The notes under the pieces were generated by a model. That model was not told where the DNA came from. It did no database searches and saw nothing but the letters and a program-made list of their open reading frames with translations. The translations under genes and the position numbers were made by a program. A stretch of DNA of 60,731 nt, the filler included, from Basidiobolus meristosporus CBS 931.73 (lineage: Eukaryota > Fungi > Basidiobolomycota): NCBI GenBank assembly GCA_002104905.1. It is 5 parts of 5 records of this genome, joined end to end, with 100 filler letters (N's around TTAATTAATTAA, not from the genome) between each part and the next. Parts side by side here need not be neighbours in the genome. Positions count along the whole stretch, not along the records: positions 23,943 to 42,231 come from MCFE01001064.1; 4 more parts are not named here. One strand, given 5' to 3'. How positions within the stretch are numbered: the first letter of the stretch is position 1; every line of letters begins with the position of its first letter. Below, piece after piece: positions 26,274 to 38,072 of the stretch.

Positions 26274-27157
26274 TTACTCTTCATAATGCTCCAGACACAT
26301 TTCTCTCAGTGGATGTCTTCTTGTATGAACATACTGCGCATTAATAAGTATCTTAACTATTTTACCTATTCTGCTGTTTTCACCTATATATGACTTTCCT
26401 CTGTATTTACCTGCCAATATGCTGAATCTCTTCAGATATCCAAATGTGTGCTCTACCCTTACTCTGAAATGATTAAATATCTCATTGTAGAGCTTCTGCT
26501 TCCTGCTAAGCACACCATTCCTTGGCTTCCTATAAGCTGTAATACATCCTAATCTCTGACAATCCTCTCCTATATAGGCCAAGTCTGCCATACATTTCTC
26601 CCCTCTACTGAATTCAGGATGATTCTCTACCCAGAGTGCTTTGTCATGCCTACTTCCAGCAAATGGCCCACTAAACCAGATGATGTTACCCTCAATGTCA
26701 GACAGTGCTTGAAACTTCACACAGTGTGCCTGTACTTGCCAGAATAAAAGTGCCTCTGCCCTCTAGAAGGTCTGTTAATCCTCACTGGGAAGGTATCCAA
26801 AATACTCCTGATATGGAACCTGTTGCTGAACACTCTGGGATATGGAAGTCTATTGGAGCTTCTGAACCTAGTATTCCAAGCTTGCTCTAAGTCATTCATA
26901 CCCTCTGCAAGGTGGTTCTCCGTTGCTGTCAGCTGGGAATGAAAGCTTCTAGGACTTTTGTTGCCATGGATGGTGGGATGAAACCTTGTAGGGCAATAGT
27001 TCTTGTAATAGCAGAGAAGCTTAACAAGGGATCTCCTTGAGTAGATTGGGGTTGATGGTCCACAGTACTTGGAATAGATCTCCTCCAGTGTGTCAAAAGG
27101 AAATCCAGTGGTAGTGATGGGATTGATGAGAAAAGACCATTCAGATGAGTAAGTCAT
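26274..27157 (-). pseudogene. DDE_Tnp_4-type transposase with one frameshift (~26730)
   Basis: LDTFPVRI / MADLAY / RVRVEHTFGYLKRFSIL catalytic motifs. The paralog at 44706-45170 reads through (YSGKYKAHCVKFQ), showing a 1-nt deletion here. Confidence 0.9.
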
Positions 27158-27516
27158 ATTAAAATTGATGGATGATTGTATGGAGGCGGTTTGAATCAAT
27201 TTGGCACAATCGGCCTTATTTATCTGATTTTTAACACATTATGGTTAAATCTCCATCAATTGCCATGTATCCCATCATTATGTCGCAAAAATCATCCGCA
27301 AACAATGCCTTGGTACTTTTATTGATGCTTTAATCATAGGTCTATAATCAAATAGGAAATCTGCAATTGATGTGATCTGATCCGTGTCAACGCAATCCAA
27401 GATGCATCATGCATAATATATGGAAAATTCAACAATCACTTTAGTTTTCATATATATTTCATATAAGACCAGGTTGATGCCAATATACTGCTGTATAAGT
27501 ATCCAAATCCGTTGCT

Positions 27517-28728
27517 ATGGTCCCCATACCAAGCCTCAACTCATCTTTAGTACAACCCAGACAAAACCCATCCCCCAGCTCACAAGCGCGGTCCGGACCG
27601 GAAAAGTCAATGTCGGATCCGTTCGAGTTCTTGCCAAATGATTTTAGTATGGCCCAAGTGTCTATGATGAGCCTTCATACAGATATTTGGGCACTACTGA
27701 TTAATCTAGCAGAACTAGATACCTCAGAGAGTCGACAAAGATGGAAGAATTTGAGTAGAAAGCTGTGGCATGAGTTCTACATCAAGATGCCAGCCAATGT
27801 ATGTAAAAAGATATATAACAAGACAAGTATTGAAATTAAGAATGAGCTGAGAGTGAGGGGATTTGACAAGGAAGCCGCGCGGGAACGATTTCGCGCGCAA
27901 TTTGCACAGTACAGGCCGGACGCGTCCGTTTGTGCCTCAACTTTGGGAACCAAAGAGATTTTGAATGAGTTTTTGCCTCAAATGACTAATGTACTACTTG
28001 ATATATTATTAGAGCTGAGTGGCTTCCGAGAGCAATATACACAGGACTCATCCAGGCAACAGCTCCAAAGTATCAGACAGAGGGTAAGTGAATACCTTGA
28101 GGAATCAGATGGTGAGCTTCAGGAGGAAGAATACAGACCGCAAGTAACATCGTCCAGATTGCGCCAGCACGCCTTGCTGGATTCCCTACCATCTCTTGCA
28201 ACCACAGCGCGCCGGCGCACGTCAGTCCAGACCACGCCAACACCCTTTACCAGAACGCCCCGCGTCGAGTCAACGCGCGCGCTTCAGAGCAAAACTACAA
28301 GAACTCGCCAAACTGCTCATTTAGACACGAGTCCATTGGAGCGGACCGAGTTGCGTCAACATGCGGCATCACATCAAACTCAGCCAAGGGCCATCTTGAC
28401 GCGTCAAGGCACGCCTGCGCGTGCCGTTTTGCCTGACCATCAGCGAGTTACTTCTGGTGAACTGACTGATGATGACCAACATGAAGTGCCTCAACCACTG
28501 GAGCCCTTGGCAAGTAAAAGAACGCGTCAGCGCGTGGCACTACAGGCCGGTTCAGTTGGTTCAGTTGGAGCAATTCAGCGCAGCCAAGCTGCAGCATCGC
28601 ACTCATCAACTAGGAGGCAAAATACTGACTACGAATACACAAGTAGCCAAGATGATAGTCAGCCAGGAAGTAGTATAGGTGTGCAAAGTGAGTCACTACC
28701 AAATGCTTCAGTAGTAATCCCTGTGTGA
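27517..28728 (+). CDS. Transposon accessory protein (ORF2), function unknown; possible Myb/SANT/MADF-like helix
   Basis: Uninterrupted 403-codon ORF inside the TIRs; helical N-terminal part with SRQRWKNLSRKLW; long S/T/R/Q-rich, probably disordered C-terminus. The start may be Met at 27610. Confidence 0.7.
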   Translation: MVPIPSLNSSLVQPRQNPSPSSQARSGPEKSMSDPFEFLPNDFSMAQVSMMSLHTDIWALLINLAELDTSESRQRWKNLSRKLWHEFYIKMPANVCKKIYNKTSIEIKNELRVRGFDKEAARERFRAQFAQYRPDASVCASTLGTKEILNEFLPQMTNVLLDILLELSGFREQYTQDSSRQQLQSIRQRVSEYLEESDGELQEEEYRPQVTSSRLRQHALLDSLPSLATTARRRTSVQTTPTPFTRTPRVESTRALQSKTTRTRQTAHLDTSPLERTELRQHAASHQTQPRAILTRQGTPARAVLPDHQRVTSGELTDDDQHEVPQPLEPLASKRTRQRVALQAGSVGSVGAIQRSQAAASHSSTRRQNTDYEYTSSQDDSQPGSSIGVQSESLPNASVVIPV

Positions 28729-29899
28729 AAAAAACCTAGGAGGGGATAATGCAATTGCATTAAATTGCTATTATTTGTCATGATCCTAACAACACTTTTT
28801 TTTGCAATATGCATTGATCCATTGCAAATTAGCAATCACTAAACTTTTGATATAAGCAATATCAAGGTTGTCTCACATTTGAGACAGAACCCCTATAAAT
28901 AAACACCCTGCATATATATACGTCATCTGTAATACCAGTGCAGCTATTGGATCTGTTTTGCACCTACACAATCGCTTGCGTGCTAGCTATGACACCTTGC
29001 CCAATCACTAGGATCAGGGATCTACTTGCTCAATGGGCAAAATGGGATATTTGATGGCAAATCAGGTAGCTTTTTGAGTAGTCAATGAGCCAATTGGAGG
29101 CTGCCAGCTTCAGGATACTTTTGGACCAATTAACCACTGAGATACCGTCCAATTGGAGTGAGGGTAACCAAAATGGTAAGTAACAGTGTAGTTTATAGTG
29201 TGATACACATTTATTTCCATTTACATTAAAGAAACATATCCAAATACCGGATTTTACCTGCCATTATAGCGGTAACCGATTGCACACGTGATGCAAATAT
29301 TTTGAGTTGGCGCAATCATCCGCGCCAACCTCATCGTGTCAGATTGTGCCATAGTGTGTGAGATTGTCCCGCATAGTGCAAAATCGTCCAAGAACAATCC
29401 TGCCTTCTGGTAGCTAGAATATTGCACCTGATTGTTCTTTGCAACCACGGATTGCGCCGTGCGCCCTGGCACGGTACAATGGAACAAGTCTATTGTTTGG
29501 TAATAGTGCTAATTTGATTCTGACCATAGGGGAATAATCATAAGATCATAGATCTGAAGAAAGTGGCAAAGTTAGGGCTGTAAATTAGTCCCTTGGTGTC
29601 CAAGATTAGTCCAGAATTGCTAAGTAAATTTTGAGCTGCTGAATGACACCAAATAGTCCATTATTTCAACAAATACATCAAAGAATAGGGGGATTATTTT
29701 GCCACACATATATTATCTAGAGGATCTAGTACAAGTGCAATTTCTGTGGCATTTAGCTAGTCACTTAACAGTTTTTTAATGATAACTGACTTCACTATTC
29801 TCTTAGTATAAACTGAGCAGAGTGGGTATGACACATTAAGTTACTCTCCTCATACTTCTGAGGAGTCTCCTGGTAGTACAGCTAATAAAGAGGACCCAC

Positions 29900-31361
29900 A
29901 AGTAGACTGTGAGCCTATCTTGGAGAGCAATGGTGCCTGGCACAAAGCCTGCAAAACAAGTATATGAAAGAGTATATACCATCACAAATATTCTGTGTAG
30001 CCAAATGAGTCCACAAATTCATCACTGGCAAAGGATGTGATGCATTGGCTTGAGAAATGATACACTTTACCAATTTTAGTAGGAAGGGTATTGGGGACAT
30101 ACTGCTGCAACTGGTTAAAAAGCTTACTACACTGCAAGGCACCACTAACATGCTATAAGTGAATAAGCACAATGAATCTGACTACATATGACCTGGAGCT
30201 GACATAGAGACCATCATGTGCCCATAGCTGTACACTATGCCAATCAATGTATAATGCCATTACCAAATGTCCAATTTAAAAGGAATCTACAACCAATGTT
30301 AGCAAATATCTTTTACATTCTGGACATATTCTGGTGATACCCCATCAAAAGATGCTACCACAGTCTAATGAGTACAATCATGCAATATGGTACTGCTATC
30401 AGTTTGTGTCAGCCAAAGAATTGAAGGATATATTGGATGGAGAATACATCAACAAGCACAAGATTAAGGTCTTGTCAGAAGGTATGCTTGACCATGCCAT
30501 TGCCTTGGCATTTGGTAAATTGTCACCAAACAAGTACACTGCCAGTAAATCTTGCTTGGCACTAGATCTCATCAGCTTGTATTTACCATCAATGTTATAG
30601 TATCTGGGCAGAAGCCTGAAGATAGCCTCATTAATATCTGGTCCAAGCTCACTATTCAATTGGCTTAGCTGTTGGTACCCACTGTTAGCAAGGTTCCAGA
30701 TAATCTCCAGAGTTATACTATTAGATGGCTGTCATGTTAGAGCACACAGAAAGCTTAGCATTGGATATACACCTGTAACTAACAAGATTGATGGATAATT
30801 TGAGTACAATGAATGATGTTACTGTCAAATGTATGAGAATCATGAAATGTACTCCACCATCCATATAGACCATCTTTATCCAAGTACTAATACTAAAAAT
30901 GAGCCCTGTCCTCAAAAAGAGTGTTCCAAAGGTGGGTTGAGAATGCAAGAAAGCTGGCAAGTGATTAATCATCAGTCAAAGTATGGGACTAGCCAAGAGC
31001 CAGGTACACTGAGCATGGAGTGAGTCAGCTGGTGTGAAAGCAATCCACTAGAAAAAGTGCATTGCTATCCCACAATTCTCCTACAATATTGACAGAGCAT
31101 ACAAGGGACAATATAACCATAATGCACCAGTTGAGATTCCAGAGAAATTTAAACCAACTGGCAAGTTATTGTAATGCATCCATTGTCCAAGGTATACCCC
31201 AGAGGCACCAATTAATGTCCAAACACATATGCATCAACATAAGTGTGAGGACTGGTGGAACTGGATATTCACTTATCATGATGGCCTACTAAAGTAGTTT
31301 ATTCCAGCAGCACACTGGAAGCATTGCAAGCTATTTGTGAATACTATAAAGATGTTCCTTT
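29900..31361 (+). pseudogene. Divergent CACTA-like transposase relic
   Basis: TKCPI*KESTT..ELKDILDGEY (30250-30450) and PINVQTHMHQHKCEDWWNWIFTY (~31200-31290) parallel the motifs at 5858-6088 and 814-1062. Confidence 0.6.
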
Positions 31362-34300
31362 TGTTACAAGTATTGGTATAAGAGTTGTAGAGGGATAGAG
31401 AGTTTAGCTAGTATTGTATTCACTAAAACTTGAACTGATTTTTATTGAGGTTTGAGCAGCTCTTTATATACATTTTGCCAGATCAATTACTGACTAATTG
31501 TATTTCCTAATGTAAGTTGTGGCTGATGACTCATTTGATTGCATCATCATCACCCAATAAGATCCTACTTAATATATCTATTTCTGTCTGATAAGGGTCT
31601 GGGGATTCATTTGCTGACTAATGCTACTGATTTCATATATTATACTAATATACTGATAACCTAAACATATACTAATTGATTTGACTAAAAACTGATCTAA
31701 CTTAAACATTCAAGGGGCAGATCATAACATTCTCCTTACTAAAGTTGAGAGGGTTCTCCTGAATCTCTTTTCTTACGATACCAATATCTTGATGGTTCAG
31801 TATTATTGGCAAGTCTTGCAAGCTTGAGTCTGTCCCTATGCACTAAGTCTTCCCGTATATTGCCTTGTTTGTCCACTAGTTGGTAAGTTGCAAATGGACA
31901 TTCTCTGATGATCTTGAATGGTCCTGTCCATTGTGGCTCAAACTTCTTCCAAGTGTTGTTTCTTAGCAATACAAGGTTCCTAACTGTCAATGCTTCTGGT
32001 GCTATAGTCTTATCAGATCTCTGCTTCATCTTTTCTGCACTTTGAGATACTTTGGTCTGTGCCTCTTGACATCTTTGTTCCAGTTGCTGGTGTCTACTTG
32101 GCTGACTGAATTCATCTTCTAAGGTGTCTGTAAGCTTTGGTTGTGTGAGATCTCCTGTAATCCTTGGTTCACATCCATACACTAAGTAAAACAGTGATTG
32201 CTGGGTGGTGTTATGTACTCTGACTCTGCATGCAAAGAGTGCTTGGTCTATATACTCATCCCATCTACTGACAACTCCATTTGCATACTTGGTCAGCATT
32301 TTTTCAAATAATCCATTAAACCGCTGAGTGACTCCATTAGTTCTGGGGTGATATGCCAAGGTTTTCAGGTGTCTGATCTGCTACATTTCCAGGTAAGCCT
32401 CTAATGTCTTTGCAATAAAGTTTGCTCCTCTATCAGATAAGATCTCCACAGGGCATCCAAACTTCATCAGAATCCCATGGTAAATGAAACTTGCAACTTC
32501 TTGTTCACTGGCTATTGGTACAGCTTTAGCAACTGGCCATTTAGTGGCATGGTCAATTGCTACTATGATCCAACTGTTGCATTTCCTGGTGGTTGGCAGT
32601 CTTCCAATAAAGTCAATTCCACATCTTTCAAATGGACTTACAGGCTCCAAGGGAAAGAGTTTGGAAATTCTCTGTGATTGGCTTTGGTTGATTTGGCAAT
32701 TTGGGCATGTTTTCACTAGCTTCTCAATGTCTTGTTTCATTCTGGGCCACCATGCTCTGGCTTTTACAAGGCTATAGGTTCCTTCAATTCTAAGATGTCC
32801 ATATCCATTGTGTAGCTTATGTATGAAATCCAGGCAAGAAACATAAGGGCAATAGGCAATAGGGCTTCCATTAACAATTTGGTAGAGTGTTTCATCCTGT
32901 ACTACAAATTTGCTGGCTTCATCATGGATTATCTTCTTGATATCTTCATCCACCTCATTAGGAATGGCTTGGTCTTCCAAGTACTCTGGTAATAGGCTAG
33001 GCCAATCTGATTCACGCACCAAGCTGAGTTGTGCAACTTGATCTAATTTTGATAAGGCATCAGCAACCATGTTGTTTTTTCCAGGGCAGTAGACAATCAC
33101 CAGGTCAAATTGCTGAATGTATTCACTCCATCTTGTCATTCTTCTAGATAGTACCTTCTGAGTCAATATATACTTGAAGGAGGCATGATCAGTCTTCACA
33201 GTGCATTTGACTCCTTCAATATAGCATCTCCATGTCTTCAAGCAGTGTATTATAGCAAGCATCTCCTCATGGACTGGATAGTTTTGTTCTGCTGAGTTCA
33301 GTTTCTTGGATTCAAAGGCAACAGGGTAGTCCTTTTCCTTGTGTTCTTGGCTCAGCACTTCACCAATTGCATAATCTGAAGAATCTGTGCACAGAGTGAA
33401 CTCTTTTCTGAAGTCTGGTATTCTTAAGCATGGCAGGTTAGAAAGTTCATTCTTGAGCATCTGGAAGGCAGTCTCACCAGCTATGTCCCACTTGTAGGTA
33501 TTGTCTTTCATGAGGATATCAGTTAAAGGGGCTGCAATACTTGCAAAAGACTTGACAAATCCCCAATAATAGGAAACCATTCCAAGGAATGATCTGAGTT
33601 CTGATATGCTATGGGGCTGCTTCAAATTCTGGATAACTTCAGCCTTCTTAGGGAATAAGGCCACTCCTGTGCTAGTCACTATGTGTCCCAGATATTCAAT
33701 GTGTTCCTTGAAGAATTTACACTTGGCTAGCTTGCCATATAGCTTGTTCTCTCTTAGTTTCTTCAAGACCTTTTCAATGTGCACCACATGATCCTCTTCT
33801 GTCTTGCTGTATATCAATATGTCATCCAGGTTGATTATCACAAACTTGTCTAAGTACTCCTGAAAGACAGTCTGCATCAGCGTCATGAATGTTGCAGGGG
33901 CATTAGTGAGGCCAAAGCTTATGACTAAGTACTTGTAATGTCCATATCTGGTCCTGAATGCTGTCTTAGGGATATCTTCTGGTTTCACCCTAATCTGGTT
34001 ATATCCTGACATTAGGTCAATCTTGCTGAATATGGTGGCTCCATTAAGTTGGTCCAAAAGCTCATCAATCCAAGGTATGGGGTACTTATTCTTGACGGTA
34101 CCTGCAGTTGAGGGCTCTGAAGTCAATGCACATCCTAAGTGTTCCATCCTTCTTTTTCACAAAAAGCACTGGTGCTCCCCAATGTGACTTGCTAGGTCTG
34201 ATGTATCCTTGCTCCAATAGCTGACCAATTTGTCTCTTCATTTCCTCCAATTTCAATGGACTCATTCTGTAAGGTGTCTTGCTAACTGGAGGGCTATCTC

Positions 34301-35928
34301 CTGTGTCAATAGCATGATCCACATCTCTGACTGGTGGTAGGCTTACAAGCTCATCTGGAAACACGTCTGAATATTTCTTCAAGAGAGTCTGGACCTGCTG
34401 GAGTGCTGGGGTAGCGGAATCCTCCTGTAATACTGCCATGATGAACATCTGGGTACCATTTCTAAGTGCTCTACAGAACTGGGTCTTGCTAGGTTCACTT
34501 GTCTCACACATACTGGAATTGACCAAGTTGAAATCCAGCCTGGTAGGTAATAGCTCATAGGTCTTGTTGTCTTTTTGGATCTGAGTAGCATGGGTTCTCC
34601 AGTTGATTGATGGTTTACACAAAATAACCAGGTTTTTCCAAGTACAAGGTCAAACTTGCAGTTCCCAAATATTTAAGCTGGTAGGTCTTTTTCATAGTCA
34701 TTGATCTTCATTCTTACTGGCTGGGTAATATGGTTGATTATGTGAGAGTTCCCATCAGCTGTGGAGACTGAAGTGGATTTGGTGGGTTCTGAGTTGATTC
34801 CAGCTTTCAAGGCAAATTGCTCTGACATGTACTCATGCAGTGCTCCTGAGTCAATCATGATCTTAGCAGGTACTCCATTGATTACTCCATTCAAGTATAA
34901 TAGCTTTTCTGAGTTTGAGGTTATCTGGGATAGGTATTCTTCTGTCATGTGGAAGGTGAGTTCTAAGTCTTCTTCAAGTACATCCTCCATGTTACTATGC
35001 TCCATAGCCTCAATGCGGCTAAAGGTTCTTGATGGCTGGTATCCATTTCTTCTCTGAAGGCAGTACTTTGCAATATGTCCTTACTGGTGGCAATAGAAGC
35101 AAAGTCCTTTCTTCTTACATTCTTCTGAGGTGAGATTCTTCTGCATAGCATCTATTTCCATTGGTACTGCTTCTGACTGTCTTCTTTCATAATGATTGTA
35201 GCCTTTCTGATTAGTCACTGTAGGCTTCCAAACTCCAAACATAGCTGAGTCATGGTCAATGGCAATCTTGATGGCTTCTTCAATAGTCTGTGGTCTTCAA
35301 TAATTCACTTCCTTGCAAGTTCTTTCTTTCAACCCATCAATAAAGTATTCAACTTGATCCAGGGGGTTCATTCTTTCAATTTGTCCAAGTAGACATCTGT
35401 ACTCATAGATGTATTCTTGAACCATTCCTTTCTGTCTGAGTGTCATTAACTTCCTTCTTAGTAGTGTCTGCTGGTGTGGAGGTTCAAAAGCATCCTGAAT
35501 TTCTGTCACAAACTCATCCCAGGTAGAGATTGTAGAGCATCTAATCATAGTGGCTGACCTGATCTTGTTGTGGTACCACTGTAAAGCTGCATCTGCCAGG
35601 TAAGGAGCTGCATAATGCAACTTGCTTTCTGGAGCAATTCCTTTAGCTTTAAAAGCTTCTTCAATCTGAAAGAGCAAAGTTCCCAGGTTTTCATAAACTC
35701 TGCCATGGTACCAGTTGACTTTCACACTAAAGTTGCTCTTGACAGGGCTTTGCTGGCTCTGAGCCCTGGTAGTCATTCCTTGTTGCTGTTGGCTGAGGAT
35801 CTGGAGTAACTGTTGCTGTCAGGCCAGGATTTGCTGCATGGCATTCTTCCATTCTTGATTGTCCAACATCTTGAGGGTGGTTTCTTCTTTCTTCAGGAGG
35901 GAGGTTTCTGGTTATTGCTGCTACCAAT
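31362..35928 (-). mobile_element. Ty3/gypsy family A, copy A3 (3' LTR 31362-31729; 5' LTR displaced by the family B element)
   Basis: ORF pieces: gag 35297-35776, protease 34673-35005 (MIDSGA), RT/RH/IN 32381-34147 (INLDDILIY, GIDFIG, SDRG), integrase C-terminus 31739-32359. PBS TGGTAGCAGC at 35917-35926. Confidence 0.93.
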
Positions 35929-37373
35929 TGTTATGATTAGACACAAGGCAGGAGAGTAGAGCTAGGCAAGGCAGGACCAGGAAAGGACTTAGGTGTGGAT
36001 CATCAAGGCAAGGTGGGTTTCCAAGGCAAGGCTGTTTATTCAAGACCTGTGTTTATCAGACTGAGGTATACTTAAGGGGGAATAGGACTATATATACTTT
36101 TTAGTTATACTGATGCCAAGAGATATTGGCTAATACTAATGGGGTTGTGGGGTGAGGCGCAGCAATCTGCTGGGGATAATAATATAGAAGGCAAGGCACT
36201 GAGACAGGATAGGGAAATGGATTGGGTCACCTGATCATGTGACTAAGTCATGTGATTGGGTATTTCCATATATGGTACTGGACTATGAAACATACAATGG
36301 GAAGCTTCCATGGAATGTTCCATTGTGTAACAATGCTTTGGAATGGTCAGGAACTTTCTGAAAGGTGGTAGAAGGTTCCAGAAGGAATCTCTTAGAAATT
36401 GAGCTAGGAAGCTGAAACTTGGCATAGGTGTTCATGTTTGTCATGTGATCATGAAACTATTCTCCTCTTCCAGGCAAAGCTCTGTTTCCCTTTGGGGCAG
36501 GTTTTGCAGGATATTGCTGGTGGAACTAGGTAACTAGTTCTTGACAATTATTGAGATGGGTAGCTGGTTCCCATGTTTAGTCACTTGGACCATAACCAAT
36601 CCAGTCTACTAAGTAGTACAGCTTTGACCGGATATACTTGGAGCCTAGAATCTGTTTAACGTCAAATTCTTAATGTTGGTCAACCTGGATGGCTTGGGGC
36701 TTTTCTTCTTGCCAGTTTGGCATGGTGTTCCTACAATAAGGCTCCAGGAGGGACACATGGAAAGTATCATGGATTTTCATACTTGCTGGTAACCGTAGCT
36801 GATATATTATAGGGCTAAGCTTCTTCTTGATCTTGAAGGGACCAAGTTTCTTGAAATCCAACTTGTCACAAGGGCAGTTTGCACTGATGTTTTTTCTGAG
36901 CAACCATACAGAATCTCCTTCATTAAGATCAGGGCTGGGATGCCATTTTAGATTGGCATATTTCTTGTAGCTTTCCTGAGCTAAGGATAGTTCTTCCTTG
37001 AGGGTATTCCGGATGTCCTGAATTGCTTGGGCATGTTCAGCCACATGTGGGCTCATTGGGTTTGTTGGAATCTGTATATCAAACTGAGGGTGGAATCCAT
37101 AGTTTGCATAGAATGGTGTAAAACCGGTTGCACTATGGCTTGAGTTGTTGTAGGCAAACTCAGCAACAGGGAGTAGATCAACCCAATTGTCTTGCTGGTA
37201 ATTGATATAGCACCAGAGGTATAGCTCTAGAATCTGGTTGATTCTTTCAGTCTGGCCATCAGACTGTGGGTGGAAAGCAGTAGAGAACTTGACTTGAACA
37301 CCAAGGTATTGCATAAATGTTTCCAAAACTTGGACACAAACTGTGGGACTCTATCTGACACAATATCACTGGG

Positions 37374-38072
37374 CGTTGTATCCAAGAAAAAGTGTAATAA
37401 AACTCTTGAATAGTTTAACTGAACCAAAGGGACAATTAAGTGCAGAATCTTAGAATTGTCAGAGAGTGGCAGAAATATTAGCAGAAAGATTCTGATCTAA
37501 TATTGGTCTTGGATATAGCTGGGTTGGCTATAAAGACAATGATATTTGTTTGCTAGGCAGGCTAGGCTTGGTGTTCTTTGGAGTGCTAGATATACTAGGC
37601 TTGGATAGGAACTAGAACAGAATTGTTGGGTTCTTATTTTTGCTTGAGACAGAATCTTAATTTTGTTGAGACACACACTAAACCAAAAGGTTCAGTAAAC
37701 TTTATTTATACTTTTCTGATCAAGTTGAATTAGTAAGCGCCAAGAGACTGGACTAATTGAAAGCTGTAGGGGTGTTGATAGGTGCATAAGATAAATGAGA
37801 AATTGCATCATTAATCAGCTGATGTCTTGGCAACTACTAAGTGGTTGGACAGATCTCAGATGACTAATCACTTGGAAAGGCTTAGCAGATAAGTTGAGGA
37901 CATAATGACCACTTAAAAATTGATCAGGTGTGACAGCTAAAAATAGATCCTGAGAAGTGATAACATAAATCATGACAGGGATTAGTTATGATTGGGTTGG
38001 GGAAAATCAGTTAGGGTACTAGATTTTCTAACAGAGTGAAATTGGCTAAGTTTTAAATGTTGATGCACAACA
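37374..38072. mobile_element. Solo LTR (699 bp, copia-type termini) inserted in the family B integrase
   Basis: (C)GTTG...CAACA; 5-bp TSD CTGGG at 37369-37373 and 38073-38077; removing it restores RLHDIPS-DIVSDR. Confidence 0.88.

Larger units (their letters stand above)
26091..29491. mobile_element. Two-gene PHIS-superfamily (PIF/Harbinger-ISL2EU-like) DNA transposon
   Basis: Perfect 15-bp TIR AGACTTGTTCCATTG at both ends; flanks AAT and ATT; divergent transposase and ORF2; subterminal ATAGTGCC repeats. Confidence 0.9.
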
